Source: Anthoceros angustus
Taxonomy: Eukaryota > Plantae > Anthocerotophyta
NCBI GenBank assembly: GCA_010909165.1
Contig: MU008186.1
Location: 186,001-250,000, forward strand
DNA length: 64,000 nt
Reading direction: 5' to 3'
The notes beneath the pieces are model-generated. The model saw only the letters and a list, made by a program, of their open reading frames with translations, made no database searches and was not told where the DNA came from. Below are positions 25,161 through 37,115 of this stretch, one piece after another. Both the position numbers and the translations under genes were made by a program. Position 1 is the first letter of the stretch. The number at the start of each line of letters is the position of its first letter.

Positions 25161-27752
25161 CTTCTCTTCTTCTTTCCACCTTCTTTTCTTCCTCGTATTA
25201 CTCACATATGTACTTACAAAGGATGTGATTCACGTAAGGGAAAACAGAGATGCCAATTTTTGCAAAGAGTATACTTACTTACCGGTCGAAGAAGATGGGA
25301 GTGAGAAAGTATTGAACACTTGGAAACTATAAACATTAGAATATCATGTTGATGGTCTTGCACTCAAGAACTCAATTGGTCCACATAGTGGGACAACAAT
25401 ATCACCTTCGGTGGGTGATGGAGTATAATCTTGCTTTCGTTTTCGTACCAGTATATTTTTTTAATTAGGCGTATTGTTTGCGAAGATTAAGGAGGCAAAA
25501 CGCGTGTTCCATCCAAAGCGTGTATGTACTACCTAACGAGGTGGATGGAGCACACTAGTTTGGCAGCAAGGCAAACGATGGAGGTGGCGACGACCAGACG
25601 ACCAGGCCATCGCTTTCTCCATGAAAAGCATAGAAAAATGGCAGGTGCGTAAGGTGGGGAAAGGGGGTGGTACTCGGAGGGCGAATGAGAGGCGGACACC
25701 AGCCCCAGCGGCCGCGCGGGGCAGACTGTGCAGTGTGTGGGCGACGTTGCCTTGGAAAGGCTTTGGGGCCTGCCACGCTCCCTTGGCTTCTTCCCTTCCC
25801 TTCCCTTTCCTTTCCTTTTTCCTTTCCCATTGCCTTCCCTTCCTTCCCTTCCCTTCCCTTCCCTTCCCTTTCCCTTCCTTTCCTTCCCTTCACCTTTCCC
25901 TTCCCCGCTTAAACACGGGCGAGCGGTCCTCGGGATTTGCGATTTGCGAGCCCCTCGCCTCCCCGCTAACCTCCCTCCTACAAGCCAACAAGCGTCCGGC
26001 CAGCAAGCATCACAAGTTGGCACACGGACGGGACCCCGTTCCCACCGCGCCCACGCCCCGCCTCGCTCAATCATTGCGGGACTGGTGGTGCTGCGACGCG
26101 CGGCGCCCGGAACCGCGCGCTCCGCCGTGCGGTTTGCCCGACCGCGCGGCGGTTTCCGCGCGGTTCCCCGCACGCTCCAGTCCCCTGCCCTTGCCAAGGG
26201 CAATGCGCGCTGGCCCAGGACGCGTCCAGCTGCGGCCAACTCCGGCCCATGTGCCAAGCTTCTCGCCCATTGATTGCCCCGCGGTACGGCGACGACGGCG
26301 GACGCCCCGACAAGCGGTACGTGGCCAACTGTGCGGCAGGCTCCAATGCCTTGCCGCCTACTCCGCGGTCGCAGTTAAGGCCTGTACTGCGCGGTCGTGA
26401 AGCCTGTGTGTGGCTATGGCGATGCCCTTGCCAAGGGCGTGCCCTTGCCAGGGTTTTCTTCTCTTCTTCTTTCCACCTTCTTTTCTTCCTCGTATTACTC
26501 ACATATGTACTTACAAAGGATGTGATTCACGTAAGGAAAACAGAGATGCCAATTTTGCAAAGAGTATACTTACTTACCGGTCGAAGAAGATGGGAGTGAG
26601 AAAGTATTGAACACTTGGAAACTATAAACATTAGAATATCATGTTGATGGTCTTGCACTCAAGAACTCAATTGGTCCACATAGTGGGACAACAATATCAC
26701 CTTCGGTGGGTGATGGAGTATAATCTTGCTTTCGTTTTCGTACCAGTATATTTTTTAATTAGGCGTATTGTTTGCGAAGATTAAGGAGGCAAAACGCGTG
26801 TTCCATCAAAGCGTGTATGTACTACCTAACGAGGTGGATGGAGCACACTAGTTTGGCAGCAAGGCAAACGATGGAGGTGGCGACGACCAGACGACCAGGC
26901 CATCGCTTTCTCCATGAAAAGCATAGAAAAATGGCAGGTGCGTAAGGTGGGGAAAGGGGTGGTACTCGGAGGGCGAATGAGGCGGACACCAGCCCCAGCG
27001 GCCGCGCGGGGCAGACTGTGCAGTGTGTGGGCGACGTTGCCTTGGAAAGGCTTTGGGGCCTGCCACGCTCCCTTGGCTTCTTCCCTTCCCTTCCCTTTCC
27101 TTTCCTTTTTCCTTTCCCATTGCCTTCCCCTTTCCCTTCCCCTTCCCCTTCCCCTTCCCCTTCCCCTTTCCCTTTCCCTTTCCCTTTCCCTTCCCCTTCA
27201 CCTTTCCCTTCCCCGCTTAAACACGGGCGAGCGGTCCTCGGGATTTGCGATTTGCGAGCCCCTCGCCTCCCGCTAACCTCCCTCCTACAAGCCAACAAGC
27301 GTCCGGCCAGCAAGCATCACAAGTTGGCACACGGACGGGACCCCGTTCCCACCGCGCCCACGCCCCGCCTCGCTCAATCATTGCGGGACTGGTGGTGCCG
27401 ACGCGCGGCGCCGGAACCGCGCGCTCCGCCGTGCGGTTTGCCCGACCGCGCGGCGGTTTCCGCGCGGTTCCCCACGCTCAGTCCCCTGCCCTTGCCAAGG
27501 GCAATGCGCGCTGGCCCAGGACGCGTCCAGCTGCGGCCAACTCCGGCCCATGTGCCAGCTTCTCGCCCATTGATTGCCCGCGGTACGGCGACGACGGCGG
27601 ACGCCCCGACAAGCGGTACGTGGCCAACTGTGCGGCAGGCTCAATGCCTTGCCCACCCGCGGTCGCAGTTAAGGCCTGTACTGCGCGGTCGTGAAGCCTG
27701 TGTGTGGCTATGGCGATGCCCTTGCCAAGGGCGTGCCCTTGCCAGGGGTTTT
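25161..27752. repeat. About 1.3-kb direct tandem duplication (25161-26457 and 26458-about 27752)
   Basis: Both copies begin cttctcttcttctttccaccttcttttcttcctcgtattactc and differ mainly by 1-nt indels and the length of a CCCTT microsatellite. Confidence 0.95.
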
Positions 27753-28170
27753 CTTCTTCTTCTTCTTCTTCTTCGTCTTCACTTTGTCGTCTTCAACACA
27801 CCACTGCGGCACACAGCGCAAGCAAGAGCGGCACACGGCGACGACGGAGGAAGCAGGCAGGCAGGCAGGCAGAAGAGAGAGCGCACAGCACAGCGCAGCG
27901 CGGCGCAGCACAGCATAGCACACCGCAGCCAGCAGCCAGGCGGCTCTCTCCACACAGAAACAGAGCAGAGCAGAGAGCAGAGCGCACACTCACACAACAG
28001 CAGCAGCAGCAGCAGCAGCAGCACAGCAAAGCAGCACCAGCACCAGCACCAGCACCAGCACCAGCACCGGCAGCAGCAGCAGCAGCAGCAGCATCGGCTG
28101 GAGGAGGAGGCTCTCTCTCTCTCTCTCACTCTCTCTCTCTAGAGCTCTCTCACCGTCCTGGCCTGGCCTG
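27750..28170. repeat. Microsatellite cluster (TTC, CAG, CACCAG, CT) upstream of the CCCH gene
   Basis: Directly visible simple repeats. Confidence 0.9.
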
Positions 28171-28627
28171 GCCTGCTCCGCTCCAGCCTCTGCTGTTCCT
28201 CCTGCTGTAGCGGCAGCGGCAGCGCCGTGACCAGCTTCCTCGGCTGCGAGAGCGGAGCGGGAGGAGCAAGGCAGCTGCTGTTCCTCTCTCTTTCCGTTCC
28301 TCCTTTGCTTCCTCCCTTCCTTCCCCTAGCCCAAGCGTGCCCCGGGCCGGGGCCAGGCCAGCTTCTCCGATCTCTTTCGGTGGCGGATCTGTGGCGGATC
28401 AGGGAGTAGGAATTGGGAGCAGCGATAGCGTCCAAATTGGGGTCGCTCCAAATTTGCCTCCGACTGCGGCTGCCGATGTCACAATTGCGTGCCGGGGAGG
28501 TGGAGGTTGAATCTGCCTAGGAGGAAGCGAGGGAGGCATTCCGGGAGCTGAAATTGTGCGTGCATTTCACGCCAGGAAGGAAGGAAGCTGGCAATTCCTG
28601 GAGCACGCAGCGACGCGGGCATGATTG

Positions 28628-31600
28628 ATGGAATATTATGCTCCAGCGCAAGGGACCTCCTCCTACGCGGGCCTTGACGCCTCCGTTGGTGACCCCGGGG
28701 CAGGTCCCTCGCTTCCGCACGAGGCCTGGGGTCTTAAACATGTTGCGCCTTCTCCTGCTGGCCCCAACGCAGACCCTGGCATTGACGGTGAGTCGTGTGT
28801 TTGCGTGCCTGACACTCCTTCTTCTCTTGCCTTCTTCTCTTCTTCTTCTTCTTCTTCTTCTGCCTGCTTCTTCCTTCGTCCTTCCTCCTGCTTCCTCTTG
28901 TTCATCCTCTTCTCCCGCTTCGTACCCTGCCTTGCAGCCTTGCCCGGGCCCCAGGCCCCGCCCTCCCCGGCTGCTGCCGCTGCTCACATGTCTCCTCAGG
29001 CTGCGCGAGGAAGTAGGCTGAGGTTGCAGGAATTCAAGTCCCCGCGTCCAATTTGATGGCTTCCCTGGCCTGGCCGGATCTGGTGTCCGCCCTCATTAGT
29101 TTGAGCCCCGGCCGGGGTCTAGGTCGTGCACCACTGCAGGCAGGCAAGTGCAGAATCAGCTTGATCTGCTCGCCTCTCCGCGGCTCGACCTCGCTCGTCA
29201 ATTCCTGTGCAAATTGCGACATGGTCAGTCGTGGAGCAGTGCAGGACAAGATCTCGGGGGGGCTGGGATAGGTGATTGCCGCGTGCGGGTCCGGTGGCGG
29301 GGTGCTTGTCAGATCGTTGCTTTTCGATGCTTCCTGATGGATGATTCCCGCATTGGAATTGAACGTGGAAAGCGATCCACCCGCATTTCCAGCTTCCCCG
29401 CCATCCTGTGGCACAGCACGGATCGTCCATCTGCTTTCATGTGAAAGGGCTTCGGTTTGGATCGATTCGGAATGGTTGTTCGTACAGGGCATGCCTTGGC
29501 ACAAGAAATGGGGTGCAGTGCTGTTGGCCAACAGCAGGATTCCAGCTACTTTTAAGGAGGTTGTTCGTATGCAACATGGCCTCCTCCATCAGGGAGCCGT
29601 CACCTGAGAAATCACCTTCGGCTTCTGAGTCATCTGCTCCTCCCCGTCTTGAGTCCCACGGGGCTCAAGGGTTGCTTTCCCATGCAGGTCATCTTGTCAC
29701 TCACAATGCAAGCCAGGTTGTTGTGGATTTTTCCACAAGGGTTGCCCGCATTTGCTTGGATTGTGCTGGCGTTGTAGATGTGAAGCTTGAATGCAGTTCC
29801 ATCACAAACTGCTGTTTGTCTAATGGCTAACTGGATCGGCATCTTGAATGGATGCCTTAACCAAAGCTGACATTGCCTGCTCTTCAAGAAGACTCATTCT
29901 TCGCTTAGGATTCAGGCCTGAGACGCAGAATTGCTCAGACTGAAGCTCGTTGCACTTTCAGATCTGGCCCATCCGGAAGTTGAGTGAGCACTTATCGTCT
30001 CTGCTGTGGTATTCTTCATGCAGACATGTGGCAGATGACTCCCGACGGCATGGATGGAGCCCCCGGTCTTTATCCCGAAAGACCTGGAGAGCAAGACTGC
30101 GCCTTCTACATGCGTACTGGCCTCTGCGGGTTTGGCATGAGCTGTCGCTTCAACCATCCTCCGAACCGCAAGCTGGTAAGGGTTGTGGGCTTTGTTTCCT
30201 CTTGCTATCTAGCACACTAGCATGGCCAATCTCTCAATGGAGGCACTCCATCTGAGCTGTGCTTGCTGCTTTCTTCATTCAGGCTGCAGCTGTTGCAAGA
30301 GGCAAAGGGGAGTATCCTGAGAGACCCGGGCAGCAAGAGTGCCAGGTACGGATTTCTCTGGCTCTTCTTAAACCCTAGGAGTAGGCACCCCATGGATGAA
30401 CCTAAACTCCTCAATTGGGCACCAATCTATATTTGGTGAGTCCACTAACAGTGCACTCCAGCCTTTTGAAAACATCAGCAGCATAGGTGCTTTCTCATGT
30501 ACGGACTAGCTTTGCCAAAACAAAACGTACCAGCCTTTCGTGAACAACCTGATTGACAATGTTTAGGCAAGGAAAGTCATTGGCCCAATGACGTATCTAA
30601 AGTGGATTCTGCTTGCGTAGATTCTTAGTGAAACTTTGGACGAATATGGAGGGGATGCCTACTAACCTTTCTCTGCCCGGCCCGTAACCTGCAGTACTAT
30701 CTGAAAACAGGAAACTGTAAATTTGGGGCAACGTGCAAGTACCATCACCCGAGAGACAAAGCAGGATCAACTGGGAGAGTACAATTGAATGTGTTGGGTC
30801 TACCTCTCCGCCCGGTCAGTGATGCCTACGAATGTGGATGTCAGGAGCTAGCTGATGGCAACTCATGTTTTGCTCTTGACTTTTGTCTGCACCGCTGATA
30901 ACCGGGACTCCTCTCTATTAAATGCGTCCTCATTCAACACATTCCTTGTTGCAGAATGAGAAGGAGTGTCCATACTACATGCGGACCAGCTCGTGCAAAT
31001 ACAGTGTCACCTGCAAGTTTCATCACCCACAGCCAGCAATGCTGAGCCCAACTACTATTTATCCAGGGGGGCCATCAGCACCTGCACCGGCCCACTACCA
31101 AGGAGGGCTTCCTTCGTGGCCAGGACTTGCAAGAGCACCTTATCTGACTCCTCGTCTGCAGTCCAGCTACACATCTGTCCTATTGCCGTCTCCACAAACC
31201 CTCGTCTCAGTGCCAACGTGGAGTACGTACCAAGTAAGGATCTTACTCTGATGACCCTGCAATCAAGAAGCCACTGTCATCTCCGGAAGTGTAGGTTATG
31301 CAACCTCCTCCGAAACCCATGAATGTAATTCCCTGTGTGAGGCTGCTAAAGTCAAAAGCTAGCTTGCTTGCGTTCCTTTCCTGACCTCCCATCCCCACTC
31401 CACCCATGTGCAGCCTCGTCCCAAATCCTGAATGTTATTCCCTATGTAAGGCTGCTAGTGCCTGAAGCTTGCCTGCGTCCCTTTCCTGTCCTTCCTTCCC
31501 AGCTGCACCCACCCGTCGATGTCCGATGCTAAATGTCCAGTCGAGCGCTGACGGCAGGCTGAGGTCTGAGAGGATAATTAAGTAGGTGGGCAGCGCTGAA

Positions 31601-32491
31601 TTAGATGCGTCTCTGAGGGGTTTTACGTTGATATGCCTGCCCTAAACCTAGACCTAATCATGGTAAGTTAGCTACGGACTAATATGACGCATGCACGTGC
31701 ACAGGGGCCACTCCAATCTCCAGATGCCCAACATGCTTTAGGAACAAGCTATGTTTATGGACCGGCTCCCCAAGCTGATCAGATCGGAGTACATGGCACC
31801 TTCTCACCGTACATTCAGACCTCTGCAGCCATGGGCCTGGCTGCTTTGCAACCGCAAGGTCTTGGGGTGCCAAAAGACACGAATTTTCCGGAAAGGCCCG
31901 GGCAACAAGAGTGTCAATATTATATGAAAACAGGTGACTGCAAATTCGGCATAACTTGCCGTTTCCATCATCCGAAAGATCGGGCCACACCCTCTCCGAC
32001 CTGCACATTGAGTCCCATGGGTTTACCTCTTCGGCCGGTGAGCCCAATTCAACCCAGCTTCCGAAACTGTTGCTGTCCTGCCTTGACTATGGTTGTCAGG
32101 GTTTGCTGATACTGAAACCTGCCACTGTGTTGTGTAGGGAGCTCAACCGTGTACTTTCTACATCAAGTATTGCATCTGCAAGTACGGGCCAACTTGCAAG
32201 TATGATCATCCTCTGAGTCCTCTAAGTTATAGCCCATCGGCATCGTCTCTTGCAGATGTGGCCGTGGCTCCTTATCCAATGGGCTCATCCTCGACAGCAC
32301 TTGCCCCCTCATCTTCTTCAACTGATCCTCATGTCCATGACTCAACGCTGTTTGTCATGAGCTCCTCCAAGGACTCTGTATCAGAGGCGTCGTCAAGTCA
32401 AAACAGAGAGACCTCCAGTGTCGTCATCTCGCCATCCCAGCCAGTGCAGCCACAATCTGCCAGTCAGGCGGACAGCTTGAGTGCGAGTTGA
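28628..32491 (+). CDS. CCCH tandem zinc-finger protein (C-x8-C-x5-C-x3-H; ZFN/C3H family), multi-exon, six fingers
   Basis: [30 protein letters not shown]; [11 protein letters not shown]|[19 protein letters not shown]; [22 protein letters not shown]; [22 protein letters not shown]; [22 protein letters not shown]; stop at 32491. The first exon (28628-about 28787) is inferred. Confidence 0.9.
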
Positions 32492-33449
32492 AGGCCACAC
32501 CAAGACTTGCCCAAATTGCATGGGATTCGATGTCACAGGGACCCATTGATTTATGTTCGGCACACTGTTTCCTTTTCCAAGGTGGCGTCTAATAACTGGG
32601 AGCCAGAAAGCTGGATGTATCAGATTCTTGGACAGCATCGTAGGTTAATCCTGCCACATATATCGCTACTTTGGGGATCATGTTAGCCGAGCCTGTTCAA
32701 GAGGGGGCACACTGTTGCATTCTTTCGTCTCTCTTGCTTTTCTGCCTCTCTTCTCATCCCTGCTGCTCCCCTTGACCTGGCCAATTTATGATTCTTATTT
32801 GAACTTTTGCCCGCAATTCTTGTTAGATACTTGAACTGCAAAGAGGATTGTCCTCAAAACATTGGTTACCTTTGGCAATGGACCGAAAATAAAGGTCCGA
32901 AAATAACACTGTTACCCCGCCGGCCGACGACGGGCCAACCTGAGACTTGTTGCCCACGTCGAAAGTGGTGAAACGGTTTTGACATCACCACAGAGTCTTG
33001 GTTATCAGGAACCTTGTCTCCGCTGTGGGTCCTGAGCGTGGGTGCCGTACTTAGGCTATCTCCGCTTCTGGAAACCGAAGCCGTTGGTAAGGTGAATTTG
33101 GCAATTATGCACCTACTGTACCTGTGTGATGCGGTACAAAGTACACAACCACACGAACAGGACTGAGAGGGAAGGACCAACTCCTGAAGGCAAGGCCCTG
33201 AGCGTGGAGGCTCTTGTGACGAGCATCACGTGTGCACATCCCACATAAAGTAGCTACCGCTGCTTTCACCTACTGTGGATCCAGTCTTGACAGCTAGCAA
33301 CGCGTCCGGAGGCCTGCAGAATTGCCCCATGTATTTAATTGAAGCGATCCAGAATTCCCCAGTCCTTCCAGGTGCCTAGGTAGAAAGGTGGTGGAAGAAT
33401 CTAAAGTCTGTTCCGGAATGCTTGACAGTTCTAGAATACGGTCCAGGAT

Positions 33450-35402
33450 TCAAGGCTTGGCCGTCACCGCTGCAACAGCAAGCTTCATGGTTATTGGGCA
33501 ATGGTCGCTCCCATAAAAGCCTGCACACAGCAACCTGGTACGTTGGAACAAACACAAGGGTTTACAATAATGATGGCGCGCATTGTAGCAGTGCTTGCAC
33601 ATCCACGAAAACATTATGTCACGCTTCTGCGCCATACAAAGTAAGATCGCCTACCCTCTTGCTCAATTCCATGACCCAAAATCTCGCTGCTCATGAGTTG
33701 GCCGACCAAGCTCTCTGATATGAGGAAGTAGTCTATCCTCATCCGTTTTCCCCGATATCTGGGCATTTACAGCCGTTAACCTCCCTCGCAGGAACAAACG
33801 ACGCAAACCCATTGCACCTGATCATTGCGCAGATGAGGAACAGATAAGGTACTTACTTTCCTGCTGGATTCCCTGACCAGGTGAAGCATCCGTCTTCTTG
33901 TTCTTCTTTGTGCAACCACCTGTAAGTATCCACCAACTTTCCCCTGCAAACATATGGATGTGAAGCGATCCGACACAACACACGGAGTTGGCATCCGCCT
34001 CACGTAAGACAAAACAACCATCTCACACTCACTGTGTCAGCATTGCAGAAAACCGTTTTCTTTCTCCTACTGTGAACCCAGGCTGCCCGCAATCCTGCAG
34101 TCACGAAAGAAGACAGTTTCAGGCTTTTGCAAACAGATCGATTGAAGCATCCAATCAGATGCCTGAGACTATGTAGCAGTCTTACGTCAGCATTAGGTGG
34201 AACATAACCAGCAAGCTTGGCATTCCTGAAAAACTCCGGGTGGCTCACATCCTCATCCTTGTGACTGCAGACGTTGTCAGGTAATATGTCCAGAACATGA
34301 GTGCTTCAGGCTACCCTTTTCCACCAATCCAGTATTCAAATGCTGCTGTTGATTACTCATCCCGTCCACAATCCTTCCACGGCAAGACTCAAGGCCGTGA
34401 CGCAGTTAAAGAGAACAAACCTGACGTTCAAATCCCCACACCAAATCAGTGGCTTTTTCGAGGGGCGTGAGACAAAGTCTAGCATTCTGCTGTCCCATTT
34501 CCTTCTCCTCGGAAATGCAGACTCTTCTTCCTTCCAGCCATTGTTGGGCACGTACGTGTTCAAAAAACGGAACGACTCAAATTCAGCTAGGATCACTCTG
34601 CCATCAGGGTCGTGTTTGCCTGCACATACTTGCACAAAGCTGTGTCAAAATTTCCACCATGCGACCTGGTGTCCACAACAACCCACATCACCTTGATGAC
34701 ATTAGACACTTGCCATTGGAAGTAACTGCCTAGATTTAAGACCTGCAGGGTTCTCCTCATCCAGTGAGAATCTCACAGAGAGTGGCTTCCATAAACGCTT
34801 GACGAAGAGCGCCGTCCCTCCGTATTTACTCTTCGACAGGGACCACCAAACCTTGTAATTTGCCAACGGCAAGACCGAAAGAGCCCGCATAATTGCCTGT
34901 AAGACACACCAATCAGGTCGCAAAGTCATTCAAGCATATGTCTTCTAAGAGTCTCGGCTAGACTGCCCCAGCCTAGCAAAATTACACTTTCTTCACACAC
35001 CTGCTTATCCTCTCGGGCGGCAGTCGTGTCATCCTTCAGCTCTCCCTGATTCTTGGTTTCGCCCTTCCTTCCAGCAGCTGGCATGCGCACTTCCTGCACA
35101 ATGGGACATCAGTAATTAGCCACCAACACACGCCCCTTCAACATAACCGTCCACAGTGCCTGGCAGCGGCGCACCTGAATGGCGATGACGTCCGGGTCAA
35201 GCCTCTGCAGAAGCTCTGTCAGCTCCTCAGCATTCTTCTTGAAACGCAAAAGCAGACTGTTTGCGTTCCATGAGAAAAAGGTTGCTGGCTCCTTCTTGTC
35301 CACCAAAGCTGAAACATCAGGTTTCTGGCCTTCGTCATCTTTCCCAGAAGCTTGTCTTTTGGACGACCCATCCCGCTCCATTGCTTGGAAAAACCGCTTC
35401 AT
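33450..35402 (-). CDS. APE1L: AP endonuclease of the ExoIII family, APE1L-like, multi-exon
   Basis: MKRFFQ...FFSWNANSLLLR; DPDVIAIQE; KYGGTALFVK; DPDGRVILAEF; NTYVPNNGWKEEES; KPLIWCGDLNV; GKRMRIDYFL; GFYGSDHCPI. Confidence 0.9.
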
Positions 35403-35821
35403 CTCCAATTATAAGGCGAATTGCTTCCTAATCCCACCCACCAATCCCAATTTCTCACTGGTATTTGAACATCTTGCACGCCTTGCTGAAGGTGGCTCTG
35501 CATGTGAGCTCTATCTCCCGCATTTACACGCCACGAGCAGCACAACAGAGCTATGGTTCTCCTTCCAATCATGGATATATTCCTGAGAACGCCCACATGC
35601 ATAAGAGCAGTCACGGATTGTCCCGTTCCGTGCGGAAATTTACTGGGGCTTCAGATACATGCTGGATGCCGTGACACTGAATTTGTGATAAAATAGAGGC
35701 TCGTCCATTTCATCCCTTTCCGTTACGTCATGTAAAACCCTAGACCCTTGCCACCCATTTCCTTTCATTATCCTTTCTGCGTTTTGACTGCCATTCCGCG
35801 GCCAAGGAACAGGAGGACGCG
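35403..35821. promoter_or_regulatory. Short divergent intergenic region (probable bidirectional promoter) between APE1L and RPL24
   Basis: The two start codons are head-to-head about 420 bp apart; aaaaccctag element at about 35734. Confidence 0.5.
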
Positions 35822-36795
35822 ATGGCGGCCGTCCTCAGCTTGCAATCGGCTATGGGAGCCCTGTCGATCGGGGGCTTCTCCTCCAGCTCCCTCATGGGAG
35901 TCGGCGCTCCTCAACCGCATTCCCTGTCTCTGGTGTGTGGCATTCTAAGCTCGTGGCAAAGCAAGTGGTCTCTGAATGATCTCCATTACAGCGACCTTGT
36001 CCATGCCGTTCACGGTAGCCGCTGGCATATCTGCATGGAGTCGTTCAGAATCAGCTAACATTGGCCTTTAATGGACAAAATCTGCAGGGGATTCCACCGA
36101 GGAGACCGTCTGTCATTACAATGGAGGTGAGTGAGTGATCAGAGAAGCTGCACAGCGCTGGATGACTAGCGCGCAGCGATTCTGTCAGTGAGCGGGGACT
36201 CAATGCTGCGTTGATTGTGTTGGTCCAGTGTTAAGGATCAGGTGACTGGACAAACAATGCTCTGCTGGTGCAGATTAAGCGCTGGGAAAGGAAGGAGGTG
36301 AAGCCTAACAGTTTGCCCGTTCTGAAGAAGTTACATGTCAAAGTGGGAGACACGGTGAAGATTATTGCCGGGGCAGATAAGGGCAAAATCGGTGAAATCA
36401 GTCGAGTTTTCCGGCATAACAGCAAGGTCCTAGTGAAGGATATCAACCTGAAGACGAAGCACGTGAAGCCAAAGGCTGAGGGGGAAACCGGACAGATTGT
36501 TCAGGTGCGCTGCAGATCAGAGTTTTTCTATCATTGCTCCAACTATCACAACTTCAACCTGCTGGGACAGGCGCGTCAGTTTGCTAATTTGCTTTCAAAC
36601 TCTCTACAGGTAGAAGCCCCAGTTCACAGCTCGAATGTGATGCTGTATTCGAAAACGGCTAAGGTAGCAAGCAGGGTTGGCCACAAATTGCTAGACAACG
36701 GTAAGCGGGTACGCTACCTCCTGAAGACGGGAGAAGTCATCGATAGCCCCGAGGAATGGAAGAAGGTCCACAAGTCACAGAAGAAGGAGAAGTAG
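35822..36795 (+). CDS. RPL24: Nuclear-encoded plastid 50S ribosomal protein L24 (uL24c), 4 exons
   Basis: Transit-peptide-like MAAVLSLQSAMGALS; IKRWERKEVKPNSLPVLKKLHVKVGDTVKIIAGADKGKIGE; EAPVHSSNVMLYSK; stop at 36795. Confidence 0.93.
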
Positions 36796-37115
36796 AGCAT
36801 TACTATCCAGCGCTTTTCTTTTCCTGGAAACAACTCTTCCTTTTTCTTGTAAAATATTGTGACCAAGACGACTTTCGATTGGAAGTCTGCCGTTGGATGT
36901 TGAGCACGATCCAGTGCTTACAGAGCATTTAGTCCCTGCTCACTAAACAACAGCATTGATAGGATGAAACAAGGAAATATTGCAATGATCTGTACAACAT
37001 TACTGCAATGGTAAGGGCCCGTCCACCTTGTCTCCCGCTTGATCTGGAGAACCACCGGGCAAGAGACTGCAGGGAGTAGGAACTAGGGCCCCATACAAAA
37101 AGAATGCACGTCTCC

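Noticed and set aside
25529-28210. Long ORFs up to 374 aa with GK, PF and poly-Q repeats
   Set aside because: Translations of CCCTT and CAG microsatellites within the duplicated segment.
30960-32220. Gly-to-Ser/Cys substitutions in two CCCH fingers
   Set aside because: All zinc-ligand spacings are intact; minor variation.
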